Notes under the pieces: generated by a model
Databases searched by the model: none
What the model was told of the DNA's origin: nothing
Seen by the model: the letters and a program-made list of their open reading frames with translations, nothing else
Origin: Hypanus sabinus
Taxonomy: Eukaryota
Assembly (NCBI RefSeq): GCF_030144855.1
Contig: NW_026781489.1
Span: forward strand, 1-64,000
Length of the DNA stretch: 64,000 bases
Reading direction: 5' to 3'
In this document: positions 24,200-38,419 of the stretch, one piece after another
How the letters are laid out: the number at the start of each line of letters is the position of its first letter
How positions within the stretch are numbered: the first letter of the stretch is position 1
Translations under genes and position numbers: made by a program

Positions 24200-27125
24200 G
24201 CCATGAGATGAGGCATAATCACAGCCAGTGGAATGTGTTACAGGGCCATAGAGTCGTGGTGCAGTTAAAACAAACAGCAACAAATATTAAACTGAAAGAG
24301 TTATTTTTGAATGCATAAGAAAGAACATGGAAGATCTTGAAATTCAACTACAAACTGGCAAGTATGACGTTGTGGCAATCTCCGAAACATGGTTAAAGAA
24401 TGGCTGCTATTGGGAGCGGAACGTCCAAGGATGTATTATATATCTGGAAGACAGGTTAGTATGCAGAGGCGGTGGTGTGGACCAGTGTATAAGAAATAAT
24501 ATTAAACATTAGAAAGGATGACGTAGGATCGGAAGGTGTAGAGTGTCTATTGATCGCATTAAGAAATGACAAGGGTAAAAGGACCCGAATGGCAGTTGTA
24601 CACAGGCCTCCAAACAGCAGCCGGGATGTCGATTACAAGTTACAGGAGGAGATAGAAAAGGCCTGTCAGAAGGTTAATCCCATGATAATCGTTAGGGATT
24701 GAAACATGAAAGTGGGAAACCAGGTCTGTACTGTACGTCAAGGGTGAGAACTTGAAGAATGTCTAAGAAATGGCTGTTTAGAACAGCTTGCTCTCGAAAC
24801 CAGGAGGAGATCGGCTATACCAGATTGGGTGTTGTGCAATGATCCGGAGATGATAAGATAAGTTAATGTTAAAAGAAATTATCCTTTGGGAAATGGAAAG
24901 AAGTTCACTTTGAAATTTGAGAAGCAGAAAACTAAATTCCAACGTGTCGGTATTTAAGTGGAATAAAGGAAATTACGATGGCATGAGATCGAAATTGCCC
25001 AAAGTTGACTGAGGAGGGACACTAGCAGGAAGGACAGCAGAGCAGCAATGGCTGGAGATTCCGTGAAAAACTGAGGGACGTGCAAGACAGATATTTCTTC
25101 TTATTTGGAAGAATGGAAGAATGACACTACCGTGGCTGACAAGTGAAGCCAGGGCCAAAGAAAAAGCAAAAAAGAGCGAATACGTGGAAAGCAAAGCCAA
25201 TGGGAAGACAGAGGAGTGGGAAGTTTTTCTAAACTTACAGAAGGAAATTAAGGAGGTCATCAGGAAGGAAGAGATGAATTGTGAAAAGAAGCGGGAGACA
25301 TTTATCAAAGAAGATATTAAATGTTTACAAGTATATAAGGTGTAAAAGAGAGTTGAGGCTGGATATAGGATCAACACTAAATGACACTGAAGATACTGTA
25401 ATGAGATGAGCAGAGAAGGCAGAGGAACTGAATGCGTATGTTGAATCAGTTTTCACACTAGAAGCCTTCTGCAGTGTCCCAGACATTTATGAGTATCAGG
25501 GATGTGACGTTTGTGCAGTGACAATTACGACTGAGCAGGGGCTGAGGAAGCTTAATGGTGTGAAGGTGGATAAAGCTCCTGGACCTGATAGAATGCACCG
25601 TCGAGTTCGAGAAGGACGTAACTGGAGAGATTGCGGAGGCAAAAAGAGCGATTGTTCAGGAATTGATACATTCTGGATTGAGCGGATATCTGGAGAACTG
25701 CAAATATTACGACACTATTTAAGAAGGGTGGGAGGCAGCAGAAAGGTAACTATCGATCTGTTTGCCTGACATCAGTGTTCGGGAAGTAGTTGGAATCGAT
25801 TGTTAGGGATGAGATTATGTAGTACCTGGAGGCACATGACAACGTAGGCCAAAGCCCGCATGGTTTCCTGGAAGGAAAGTCCTGCCTAACAAACTTTCTG
25901 CAATTCTTTGAAGAAATTAAAAGCAAGGTAGACAAAGGAGATGCAGTAGACGTGGTGCACTTGGATTTCCAGAAGGCCTTTGACAAGGTGCCGCACAGGA
26001 GGCTGCTTAGTAAAATAACAGCCATTGGAATAACAGGGAAGTTTCAAACATGATTGGAGCATTGGCCGATCGGCAAAAAAAATAGAGGTTGGGAATAAAG
26101 GGATTCTCTTCTGGCTGGCTGCCGGTTGCCAGTGGAGTTCCACACTAGTCAGTGTTGGGACAGCTGCTTTTTACGATGCATGTTAATGATTTGAAATATG
26201 GATTTCTCCGTAAATTTGTCGACGTTACAAAGCTCGGTGGAGGAACGAGTATCTGTTGAAAAAACAGAAGGCCTGCAGAAAGCCTTAGATACTTTAGGGG
26301 AATAGGCAAAGAAGTGGCAAATGAAACACGACGTTTGGAATGTGTATGATTATGCGCTTTGGGGGAAGAAGTAAACGGGCAGAATTTTTTTTTTAGATAG
26401 GGAGAGATTTCAAATTCAGAGATGCAAATGGACTTGAGAGACCTTGTGCAGGGTACCCTAAAGGGTAACTTCTAGGTTAATCCGGTTATGCGAGGCGAAT
26501 GCAATGCTGGCATTCATTTCTAGAGATATAAAATATAAGAGCAAGGATGTGATGTTGAGGCTCGATAAGGCACTCGTAAGACCACACGGAGTATTGTTTG
26601 AAGTTTCGTGCTCCTTTTTTGAAAGGATATACTGACCTCGGAGACGGTTCGGAGAAGATTCAGGAGAATGATTCCATGAAGAACATCTGGCAGCTCTTGG
26701 GCAGTATTCCCTGGAAATCAGGAGAATGAGTGGAATCTCATAAACATTCCAGATGTTAAAAGGTTTGAAAAGACTAGATACGGCAAAGATAATTTTCTTG
26801 TTAGGGGATTCTAGAACAAGAGGGCACGGCTTCAGGATTGAAGGACGTCCATTCAGACAGAGATGCGGATAAATTGCTTTAGTCAGAGGGTGGTAAATCT
26901 GTGGAATTTGTCGCCACTAGAGGCTGTGGAGGTCAGTTGATCAGTTATATGTAAGGCAGAGATGGATAGGTTTTTTGATTAGCCAGGGCATCAAAGTAAA
27001 TGGGGAGAAAGCATGGGAGTGGGGATGGCTGGAATATTGTATCAGCACATTATTGAGTAAGGGAGTAGATTTAATGTGCCGAATGGCCTCCTTCTTCTCC
27101 TATATCTTATCGGCTTATGGTCTTA
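24200..27125 (+). mobile_element. Near-complete degenerate CR1 LINE ORF2 and 3' tail
   Basis: YDVVAISETWL and DR...RGGGV (APE endonuclease); KAPGPD.MH; CLTNFLQFFE...VDVV.LDFQKAFDKVPH (RT); tail cctatatcttat..cttatggtctt. Confidence 0.92.
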
Positions 27126-27199
27126 ATGTTGCTGAAAAAAAGAAAGTTGTGTTCGTAGTTGATTTTAAATTTGTACTGGAACTCTGATACAGTAAAGGA

Positions 27200-29470
27200 A
27201 TCGATGGGAAATAACTTGCCAAACGTTCAAATGATGCTTGATAAATGAAAGCCATCATAGTAGTATTGAGAGTACAATGCCCCTAAGGTCCTGTTAGAAT
27301 AAAATGCAAGACCACCAATCTTACAGTACCTTGGTAGTCGAGTGGTATAGAAACGTTTCGTAAGCAGACTGGGCTGCACAGCAGGTATAAGGAACAAACG
27401 GGGAGCTTGAGAACACAGGGGGGATATCAGCTTGTTTAAAAGCCGTCATGACGATACTTTGGCAGAAAACTGGGGGGCGGGCAGAATTAGATAGACTTAC
27501 AGATGGATAGATAGAGAGATTACAGACAGATAGTTGGACTGATTGATTAATAGTTAGATGTATAGACGGTTAGAGAAATCGATAGAGAGGTAGATAAATC
27601 TGTCTTGAGACAAATTACTGCGGATACGTTCCAGATCCATGAAAAGGTGACTACACGGACCTTATGGGAGGCAGGTCCAATCATTTCTGGGGTGTTGGCA
27701 AAGATATTTAACAGTTTCTTAATCAAGGTTAACGTGCCATGAGACTGGAGTATAGATATTGTCATTTTCCTGCTGGGAAAAGGCTCGTGAACTGTCGGAA
27801 AATTGTAGGCCTGTGAGCCTGCCGCCTGCAGTGGGTAAATCATGTCATGTTACTCGAAGGGACAGGATGAATCTGGACCGTATTTGGAGAGATATGGTAA
27901 CATTTTTGAAAGTCGAGGTGTTTTTTTTTTGTTAGTACGTCGTATCTATGTGTAAAACGCGCTCCGGCTCGCGGCTTAATCTTGTGAACCCAGGCCCGAT
28001 CAGCTTAAAAATATTGTTTGGGTGCATCATGCTTGATGTTTTACCTTGTTACAAATAAGTAGCACAAAACAACAGACAGTATACAATATACAATTAATCG
28101 ATGGACCTTTATAATTGTTAATATGACTGCATGGTTCGTAAAGAAACTGAAAAGGAAAAGGGCCCATTCTCATGAAATGGTCCACTGCGCAGCGTTGGAG
28201 CTCACGGTTCCGTCCTTTCGTTCCCCGCCGACCCTCGGGCACTCACCGTAAGTCCACTGCGTACAATGTCCCACCAACTCTCTCCATTCGCGTAATCTCT
28301 CTTCATTTATCGCCGACAAAAAGAGCGTGAATCCCATCTTTCAGAACCAAAAGTAATAAACAACATGCCTCACATTGGATAGCACCTATTCCAACGCCCC
28401 CTTGTCTCTGGTTATAACCCAAACACTGCTGCTACAGAGAATCCATTAGAGCAGCAGAGAAACCTTACATTATGGCCATTGCATTGGCAGTGAGACCATG
28501 CAGCGCGTTACATAAGCAATGTTACAGAATAGTCCTAGGAGTTCTCAAGAAAGATGATGAAGACCTGTTAGTGGATCTTGTCGACTTGCACATTAACTGG
28601 GTTTTGATAAAGCCCACGTGGGAGGTTGCCCTTTCATTCAGTGGAAAGTAGCAGACCGCAATCAACATGACTCTGCGACCGAAGCAAGAGAGAGAAGTGA
28701 AATGCTTCCCACTGTGAATAGAGGCCTGAAAATAGTAGAGTGTCCCAGTGATCACTGCTGACTCAGTTGTTAATGGGGACGTATGGGATGTTGTACTCTG
28801 GGGGGACTGACAAGTGTGGGGCGTGCACATGGAATAGTATGGCAGAGAGTAGGGCAGTGGAACAAAGTGGTCAGTGAGGACAGATCCATTATTCATTGAG
28901 AGTGGCGTCTGAGGGAGATTGGGTCGTAAAGCGAGTTTTGGGCTCATTGGCCCAAAAATCAAACTCTTCAGTTCAGAACTTGTTCAAAGTTGCATTATAC
29001 TTTGGTAAGGGTCAATTTGGAGTATCGTGTGGAAATCTGATAGCCACCAGCTCAAAAAACATCACTCAAATTGAAGGAGTACAGAGCAAATTTACAAGGA
29101 GGTGGGGAGGACTTGAAGGTCTGATTCATAGAGAACATAAACCTCGAGCGCAGCAGAATGTTTGGAGATTTCCTAGAGGCTTACTAAATTATGAGGAGTA
29201 AATGGAAAGAGGCTTTTGTCACCCGTTGGGTGAGACTGGAACTATCTGTCATAGATTAAGGGTGTAAAGTGAAATATTTAAGGGAAACCTGATGGAGAAC
29301 TTTATTCAGAGGCTGGGGTGAGGGTGCAACTAGCTTCCAGCGACAGTGGTGTACGTGGTTTTGATGTAACAGTTAAGACAATTTTGGGTAAGTACCTGTA
29401 TGGAACTGTATGGAAGTCCAAGCAGAATTAGACACCAACTGGATAGGTCCTGCGTTCCGTGCTGTAGTGC
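27200..29470 (+). mobile_element. Old fragmented CR1 LINE (interrupted by the 27951-28512 LTR)
   Basis: Degenerate RT motifs (IEGVQSKFTR; FDK.PRGRL) and a CR1-type tail near 29450. Confidence 0.55.
27951..28512 (-). mobile_element. Solo LTR inserted into CR1 debris
   Basis: TGTAA...TTACA termini; flanks TATG/TAAG (4-bp TSD, one mismatch). Orientation tentative. Confidence 0.6.
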
Positions 29471-29647
29471 ACTATTTCTCTGACCCCTCTAAAATACATT
29501 GAATAAACATCGAATCAATTGTATGTGATGCCCCACGAACAGCTAAGTGCGTGACACAATGCCACAATGAGTAAAAATAGACTGAAACAAACAAGGATTG
29601 TTTGTTCACTGTCCTGTAGCTAATGCAACTAAAGGTGAGAGGGGCAT

Positions 29648-29685
29648 TAATTGGCTTAAGGGACATTCCTTCAGGAGTATAAGGG
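29648..29685 (+). promoter_or_regulatory. Putative core promoter of the GPCR gene (ATTGG and TATAAG)
   Basis: TAATTGG at ~29648 and TATAAG at 29678-29683, ~70 nt before the inferred ATG. Confidence 0.4.
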
Positions 29686-29752
29686 CTCATTGAATGAGTT
29701 CATCTGGAGAGTTGGCACTTTTCGTACAAATGATCGCTGCTTCTGGCAGAAA

Positions 29753-29822
29753 ATGGGATTTTCAGCAATTTATTATCTCGTCCGTATTTACTATCCCGTA
29801 CTGGCCGCTGTTGCTATTCCAG
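29753..29822 (+). CDS. GPR139-like GPCR, coding exon 1
   Basis: MGFSAIYYLVRIYYPVLAAVAIP + G|gtaagg donor; phase-1 junction joins exon 2 in frame (V-NLAAIVILSR). Not in the ORF track. Confidence 0.8.
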
Positions 29823-30199
29823 GTAAGGTCGCGGAAATGCCGTGATGTGATACATAGTATAGTCCTTAAATATAGCCGCTTTCATTTAGAGCGGTCGTGA
29901 TTTCCTCTCGAAATCTTTTATAACAACACACTCGGTAAATATTGAAAATAGAAGCACGATTCATTCTTTTTTTAAAAATATGATTTATGTGACTTTCATC
30001 TTTCTGTTAGTTTTGTTTGATTTAATGTACTTTATTATAATCTTACAAAATTATGTTTCGGGTGGAATGAACTCAACGTCATTTTCCGTTGATATTAAAC
30101 CTGATTCTTGTTCAGATTCTAATGCTCAGTGAATGCGGTTGATTCATGATGTCTTCAAACAGGAATATTTATGATGGCTCTGCTGTGCATTCCGCCTAA

Positions 30200-32000
30200 T
30201 GTTGTGTTCTGTCATCGGTGTTGGGACCACTCCTTTCATGTTATATATCAATGATTTGGATGAAGTAACTGATGATCTTGTGGACATGTTTGCGGAATTT
30301 ACGAAGAAAGGTGGTGCGGCAGATAGTGCTAAGGGAGCAGGGTGTATGCAGAAGGCACTTGACAGATGGGGTCAATGCACAGCGCAGTGCCAGGTGAACG
30401 TTAGTATAGCGAAATATAGCAATAAGGAATAAAGGCGTGGATAATTGTCTATATGAGGAGGACATTCAAAAATCAGATGTGCAAAGGGACCCGGGAGTCG
30501 TAGTTTGGAATACCCTTCAGCTCAAATTGCAGGATGAGTAGCTATTAAAGAATGTATATGCAACATTAGCATTCATTTGCTGACAACCAGAGCTCAAGCG
30601 CAAGGATGTAACACTGACGCTTTGTAAGGCATTCATCAGAATGCATGGAATATTATGCGAAGCTTTGAGCCCCTAATCGAAGAGACATTTAGAAAAGTCC
30701 ACAGGATGTTTAGGAGAATGAGCCCAGGAACAAATGGGCTAACGTATAAGGAAAGTTCGATAATTTACAATTGTTTTGCAATTGTTTACAACAGTTTACA
30801 ATTGTTCGAAAGTTTACAATTGTTATGAACCACGTAACTGGGTCACTTACCAGCAAAGATAGAGAGCTCCGTTGAAGTCTGATGGTACTATCTTTAACAG
30901 CATTTATTGGTAAAAATACACAGAAATAATTTCAATGCAAACATACAGATACTATACGTTGTCAATACTAAATCTAAAAGTTCGGGTATAATAATAATCA
31001 ATAAGAAATAAACTCTATTGTTGTCTAGGGGATAATGTATTGTCCGATGGAAATATAAAAATCGCTCAGTTCATTCACGCTGCAGCCTTTGGTTGGAGTC
31101 AAGAGAGAGATTTTTAGAAACTTGCCAATTCCTTTTATGTTTCCGATCCTTCGAGAGTTCCGTGGGTGTGGCCGGTCACTTATGGCCTCTCCGTTTGCTA
31201 AAGCCGTTCTTCCGTGGTGAGGCCCTAATTCCAGGCAAGGGAAAAGGACGCACGCCAGCCCCCCACCGGCTGTCGCTATTAAACGCTGTCACGGGATTTC
31301 CAGTGTCTCTCCTGGTGCGTCTGAAGGGGTTGTTCCCCAGACCCTCTTTTATCTTGACTCACGGGGTCTCAGATGTCAATCAGGTTGTGATGATGCAATC
31401 CCTCAACCAGCCCACTCTGGTCACCCCCTGAGGGCTTCAATGAATAGTACAGTACTCAATACACAATTCCGTCTCCAAGAGACAATAGCCGTTATCAATG
31501 GTTCTGCCTTGCTGAGGCCAGGACACATTCCAAACTCTGTGTATTCTAGATTTCTCTCTCTCATTTCCTGGGTCCCAGACCCGAATTAATAGCGATCTTG
31601 CCATTCTCAAAAATGAGGGGGCTACTTTGCACTATTCGGCCCCTGAGAGTTGTGGCACATTCGTAACACTATAAATAGATTGATTTCAATAAAATATATC
31701 GAATATTGAAAGGTCAACAGTGCGTGATTGTGGAAAGGGTGTTTCCGATAGTGGGAGAGTCTAGGAGCAGAAGGCCCAGCTTCAGCAGCGGACATCCAAT
31801 TTAAACAAAAATTACAAAAAAAAGTCTCGTGGCTGATGAATCTCTAGAATACTTTGGCACGGATGACCGTGGTGTTCAAGACTTTGTTTATATTCAATCT
31901 GGAGGATGACACGTTCTTGTTTAAAGTTTACCGGGAGAAGGCATAAGAAAGGGTTTGAGGAATAATAGAAACAGTGATAATGGAATGGCTGAGCAGACTC
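30200..32000 (+). mobile_element. CR1 3' fragment in the GPCR intron, split by a solo LTR
   Basis: FMLYINDLDE....V.MFAEFTK.GG (FADDTK motif); resumes after 31668. Confidence 0.7.
30821..31668 (-). mobile_element. 848-bp solo LTR
   Basis: TGTTA...TAACA termini; flanks CAAT/CTAT (4-bp TSD, one mismatch); reverse AATAAA at ~30903. Confidence 0.75.
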
Positions 32001-32988
32001 TGTGGACTAATTCTCTTTCTATATTATATTCTCCTTCTCCTTCCCCTTATTACATTATCCTTCTACATCTCCGTGGCCTAATTCTACTTCTATATTTTAT
32101 GGTCTTATTCTCTTACATTCTTCCTTTCCGCATTGTTTCTGTAATGGGCATAATATCAGGATAGTGTGTTGCTAACCCCTCTCTGAAAACATTCCATTCA
32201 CTTTGCCCCAGTCATTACCTTGCTGTTGCCTTGTTTGATTGCTAAAGGTAATCCGACTGACCTCTGTATAACCTTCCTGCTTCTTTTGCCTTCCTTGTCC
32301 TGCTGAACCCATTATTGCTCCTCTGCCATACAAGTGCAAACTATCCTTCTTATGCAGTTCACCTGTAGAATAAAGAGATGCCAATATTAAAAAATAAAAC
32401 CTGTCTTCGTGCTTTCCAATTTTTTTTTAGCCACTGTTTCATCTGACAACCTGCAATTCTTAACTTCTCTCGCAAAAAAACACTCGTATTCATCCAGTTG
32501 GATTGAATGATTCCAATACCATTTACATGGCATGATACTAATTTATTTAATGGAACATTACTTTCTCTCCTAACTACTTTGTCCCCTCGTCTGCTGTGCC
32601 TTTTGTCCAATTATGTACAACCAGTCCCCACTAAATGTGGAGAAAGAAATCGACACCAGAGAGAAGGACATGGAGCCAGGAGATTTACTGAAGGATGCCC
32701 TCATCTGATCTGAACCTAATATACCCTGTTGTTTGTTCTCTGATAATAAAGCCATCGGAGGTCGAACCGCTTTCCCTCTTGTCCGTTGTTTCGCGGCGTG
32801 AAACTGGCACTGAATTGTTTCAGGGTGATCGAACACCAACACCCCATCGCAGTCAGCGCAGGCGCACTCGCGCACGGGCGGTCTCTTTGGGCAGTGGAAC
32901 TATCTGTAATCCAGCCTTACCATTCAAATATATTCACACTGAGCACATGAGACCCATTAAAAAATTACTCTTTTTTCTTTTGGTTCAG

Positions 32989-33857
32989 TTAATTTAGCGG
33001 CGATTGTGATCCTGTCTCGCAGAAATTGTGGGCTCTCCAAATGTATCACTCGCTACCTCGTGGCCATGGCGGCGTCTGATCTGATGGTCGTTCTCTTTGG
33101 TGTTGTATTGTATAAAATCAATACTCTCTACTTGTATGCTGTCTTCCTGATGAAAACTCGGCTGCGTACTCTGGGACCAATTCTGGGGATTGCCGCATTG
33201 GATTGTTCCGTTTGGCTGACTGTCGCTTTCACTTTCGATCGCTACGTCGCGATCTGCCTTCAGAAGCTGCGGACACGGTATTGTACGGAAAGAACAGCGA
33301 ACATGGTGATCGTGGCAGTGGTCATATGTAGCTGTGTTCAGTCATTTACGTTTTATTTTGCAGGAGAGTCAGGGAAACCCAAGCCCGAGTACTATACATC
33401 ATCCCTGTGGAGAGGTTACGAATTATTTGACACCATCATGAACCCATTATTACCAGTTGTTTTAATTCTGCTGTTCAATGTTTTAACCACTAGATCTGTT
33501 ATAGCAGCGAATATGGTTCGCCTTGGGTTTCGGAGAAATACTGACAGCAAAAGTGATCCAGAGGTTAAGAACCGGAAAAAGTCAATGGTTTTGTTGTTCG
33601 CTCTATCTGCAAATTTCATATTATTGTGGATAACCAATATTGTGCATTCCATGACGTGGGCAGCGGTAAACGTGTTTTTCACAGACAAATATTACAACAC
33701 GCCAACATTTATCCTACAAGAGTCTGGATATATGTTGATGTTGCTCAGTTCCTGCACCAACACGTGTATCTATGGACTGACACAGAGGAAATTCAGGGAA
33801 GAGCTGAAGAATGGGGCGAAATATCTGTTTACACTAAATGGGAAACTCTGTAAATAA
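32989..33857 (+). CDS. GPR139-like class A GPCR, coding exon 2 (full protein ~312 aa, ORF intact)
   Basis: Polypyrimidine-cag acceptor at 32988; YLVAMAASDL (TM2), SVWLTVAFTFDRYVAIC (DRY), NRKKSMVLL, SSCTNTCIYGLTQRKFR (TM7/H8). Confidence 0.9.
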
Positions 33858-35679
33858 AATGTGAATACAATTATTCCTGATTGTGTTTTGCTATATATAT
33901 ATATGTAGAATTTTGTTGTTCAGTGGTGTACTGATTTCAACTTTCATTCGATAACTCACTGTTGTGCATAGAAACGTAACCAGCAGATTTAGCAGCAGCA
34001 AAGGAATAATTATTTTTGCGCACCACATGAATATTCATACGTATAATATCAGATTAAAGTCCTCTGTGGTAGATGAAGAACTGAAACTCACAACTAAGAA
34101 TGACTAAAGTCAAATTTCACAGTCAATTTAATGAAAGAAGTATGCCGATGTCACGAGATATGATAATGCACATGTAAAATAAGACAAAATGTACAAACCG
34201 CTCTGAGTCAGTAGAAGTTTGTAAAAGTTTAAATGCCGAATCTGGGGAAACTTTTAAGAAGGCAGAGCCGCTGTTCTTTATTTTGACACCTGCAATATAT
34301 GGTCTCGAATGGTACCACGTTACTTCACTCTGACCTCTGTCCCTTCCTTTCCATTCCTAATGAGGTTGAGAGTCTCACCTGCAAATTTCCCGCCATAGAT
34401 GCTGCCTGACTTGCTTAGCTTTTCTTTGCAAGTAAAAAAAAATCTCGGCTGAATGCAAAATGCGTTCTGTACGTTGTGGTTTCAAATGCATGGGCAGCTA
34501 TCAATGATGACTTTGTCACGTGCTGAACTTCTGTGTTGTGACGTCAATATGTATTCTTGCTGGGGGTGTGGGGTGTGATTGGGGACATCACATTCTCTTC
34601 ACAAACACTTCATACGGATGCCAGGAATTTATGACCATATATAGGTTTTAGGCACCCGCAGAATTCCTACCTGGTGCCTTTCGTTACCCTTGAGCTATAT
34701 GACGTCTTTCCTCCGCGTTTACCCAAACTCATTGGGAATATAGTACTGTGTAACTTAGTTTCCTTCCATTAAATCAAATGAAACAATGTTCTAGTCCAGG
34801 GGCATCCACACGTTTTTATGCCTCTATCAATGCCATTGTACTTATGCCTCTATCAATGGTACGAGTACATGGACTCCAGAATTGAAACCTCTCATACAAC
34901 AGAAAATATTCCGGTTGAATCTGCATTATGTTTACTTGATTTCAAAGTAGATCATGTCTTTTTTTTCAAAATCCTCTTACCAGGGTTCTGACCCAGCAGC
35001 ACAGAAGTCTTTGCAAAACACAAAGTCCTTACTAATTCCAAGGTGAAATTAATACCCCCGGCTGTAAGTTTTTCCAACAAATGAATAATGCGTTTATATC
35101 TGCATCTTGCCTTAGTTTTGAATAATCAGGGCGATTTTATTTCAAACCGTAGGTTTGAATTGAGACAGAAAATATGTTGAATAGTTTTCAGTTGTCTGCC
35201 AGGCATGAACAAGAGAGATTTCTGACTAAAATATGATTGTACTTGAATTGCATTCAATGGAAGATCATTAGAAATAGCCCAGGCAAATTAAAAACAACCA
35301 AACAACCAAACAACCTGCAGTTAGACCTATAGCGAGTGCTTCGGAAGAGGTATGAAAGGGCTGTGGATCCCGGCACAGTTCAATTATTACTGAGGCAAAT
35401 ACTGATGTAGGCGTTTGTGTCCTTTTGACACACTTCTCGTGTTGTCTTCTTATGTTCTGTCTGTCTGGCCCTTCCACTCGTAAGCACTTAAGAAATCTGA
35501 AAGCTGATATATCAGAGAGCATGCAGAATATGAGAATAACGCCCATGAGACTGAAAAATAAAGCTCATCAAACATTTCTGAAATGAACCGCATACCGAGC
35601 TAATAAATGTTGTGTAAGGTAAAACAAGAGTAACAAATACTAAACCAGTTTAAGTATTTGGAAAAGATCAGTTATAGAC

Positions 35680-36950
35680 ATGTCTGATGAAGTTCAATTC
35701 AGGCAAGTACGGGTGATGCACTTAGAATTGCAATTTGTGGAAGTATGCAATTAATGACAGACCGTTAACAGAATTGTGCACTATTGCTTTACATAGTAAT
35801 CTGTCCGCCTAAATATTGAGCTCACCGACATGTGTAGGCAAGCTGGAAGAAAGTTAAATGTGCAAATGGCATGTTGGCCTTCAGTGTGACGGCTAGTGAG
35901 TGGAATAGACAGGAATTCATATACACCTTTGGTAGGATTTCTGTTACAGTTTTGTAGTCAAAGACAATTACCGGGAGAATAGGACATAGAACATTACAGA
36001 ACATTAAAGGCCTATCGGCCGACGACGTTATTCTGACCTTTTTAATCTGCTATAAATTCAATCTAACCATCCGCTACAACACAGCCTACTATTTACATAA
36101 CCAATGTGCCAAAGTGAGAGTTTGTAAATAAGCCGAATATATCTGCCTCTACAAAGACTTCTAGAAAAGCGTTCCATGCATCCACCATTCTCTGTACAAC
36201 GAACATGTCTCTAACAAACCCGTAGAGGCAATAAGACAATAAATAATGGGAACAGTTTCAAGTCATTCAGCCCATCGCGTGTACCCTGCCATTCCATCAT
36301 GGCAGATCCTACATCGCACTCAACCCCATTCCCCTGCTTTCTCCCGATATCCTTTGATGGTCCAACCCATCAGCAGTGTCCAATTCTAACTAAAATAACC
36401 CTCCACGTTGTCGTCGACTCAATCAACTTTCGTATCATCTGCAAACTTTCCAATCCAATTCCGCCCCCAGTAGCCCAACCAAGTCATTTTTTTAAATCGT
36501 AAGGGACAGTGATCTCAGAACAGGTTCCGCTAAAGGCACCAACGGTTAATGACCTTCACGCAGAATACTCTGCAACTACTACCGTCCTCTTCCTTCTCGG
36601 CGAAAGCTAATTCTGTATCCACGCAGCTACATTTTCCGGCTTGCATGTCTCCAGAATTTATGAATGACTCTATCAAACGCCTTACAAAATTCCATAAGAA
36701 CCACTTCCACTGCTCTTCCTTCATCAATGTGCTTCATCACACCATCACAAAATTCAGCCAGGCTTGGGATTGATGAGCAGAACCATGAACAGAAAGCCAT
36801 GTTGACTATTCCTAATCAGTCTACATTTCTTCAATGCTGGTAAATCCTGTCTGTCCAATAATTCAGCCACCGCTGAAGGGAGACACTGTTCTGTAATTCT
36901 CAGCTTTACCTTTATCCCATTTCCCGAACAAAGGAGTAACATGTGTCACT
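35680..36950. mobile_element. CR1 fragments in mixed orientation
   Basis: KANGMLAF (+); reverse CR1 tails at ~35985 and ~36230; reverse K.ADDTK and IRNSQHGF motifs. Confidence 0.6.
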
Positions 36951-37724
36951 CCCCCCCAGCCCAATCGTCTTGTACCACTGCTCTGGCAAATGGGAATGCG
37001 GCTGATTTTGAAAGTGCGCTTTACAAGGATGCTGTCGGAATTGCAGGGTATGGCCGGGAAAACAAGGAATCGATCTACAGGAAATCCCGTCAGTTTCGGA
37101 GACAGGATTGCAGGATGAGTACGTAAAGGAAAGCAGCAGAGGAATAATCGAACGAGTGTCACGTGTCGACTTGGAAGAACTTCGTATTATGCACCGACTT
37201 TGCGTATGACCAACTCTTTCCGTGCTCTTCCTCATCCAGCGTGGCTCAGTGATTAATATCGGGAATCACGTGATAAAGCTTATACGTCGCGTGCCTGGAG
37301 TGTGGACAAATTCCATCCTCGCAATTAATCAGGCCAAAAGAGAAGATTCTGGACCACTTGAGAAGCTTACTATGGGAAATATAGTGTACCCGTTAGGGCG
37401 TCACTGTGAAGGGATACACATTCAATATAATACTTGATTCATGTCAAATATAATAACAATACTGCCCGCTTGCTTTGGACATTGTTTCTATCCAAATGAT
37501 TCTAGTGCAACCCCTTCAGTTGCCCCTGTTTCATGTATCCCTCATCGTACAGCGGAAGAGAGTAATATGGCTGTATTTGCGACTGATTTTATGTCGATTA
37601 CGATTCACATTGGGCCTCAGCACAACTTACTTGTCCAGTGATTTCCATTTCTTTTCCTGTAATGCAAATTACGTTGACCTCTGCATGAGAAGCCCAGGGT
37701 GATTTCCCCATAATTTACACAAAC

Positions 37725-37940
37725 AGGAGGAAATCTACAGATGCTGGAAATTCAAGCAACCCACACAAAATGCTGGTGAACGCAACAGGCCAGGTAGCAT
37801 CGATAGGGTGAAGTACAGTCGACGTTTGGAACGAGACCCTTCAGCAGAACTAACTGAACGAAGAGATAGTAAGAGACTGTACTTCTTCCTATAGATGCTG
37901 CCTGGCCTGCTGCGTTCCACCGGCATGCTGTTTGCGTTCC
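37725..37940. mobile_element. Two Penelope tail copies in inverted arrangement
   Basis: Minus copy 37735-37850 includes ctgctgaagggtctcgttccaaacgtcgac; plus copy ~37875-37940 (atagatgctgcctggcctgctgcgttccacc). Confidence 0.7.
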
Positions 37941-38419
37941 CCATAGTTCCGGTTGCTGCTGCAAAATATTTCCCTACTCTCTAGTTGGGAATTGGCTGAA
38001 ATGTCTAGTTGTGGAAAACACTCCCTCAGATTCCAGCTGTAACTCCCGAAATGATTTATTTTCTAAACAGTTCTTCGAAATTGAGTGCCGCGCTGCCGTC
38101 GGCAGTGGCAGAAGAGACCCATTTACCATTTGTGATCTGATCCAAGTTCTCAGCGCACAGGGGTGAATGAGAAAGATTCAGATGTGTTGGCACTTCAACA
38201 TTACTCATTTTTGTTTCCGGTTCCATGATGTTTTATTACTGTCGGGGTCAAACCCAGATTGGAAAACTGCATAATCACAGAAACTTTATCGGTTCTTGAT
38301 GCTGAACGAATATTTTGAGCTGAAGATGCTAAAAGCGTCTTCCAAGTTGCTCGGACTCGTCACAATTTCTTTGTCGCAGTGCATTACTGATTAGCCATTG
38401 ATTTTGTCTCCAACTGTTC

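Noticed and set aside
29694-29900. Listed 68-aa ORF as GPCR exon 1
   Set aside because: The family-like YYPVLA..IP sequence and the phase-compatible donor are in another frame starting at 29753.
36960-37680. Possible additional very degenerate GPCR on the minus strand (with possible exon 1 near 41060-41130)
   Set aside because: Only vague hydrophobic stretches and no convincing DRY or TM7 motif by eye; needs a frameshift-aware HMM search.
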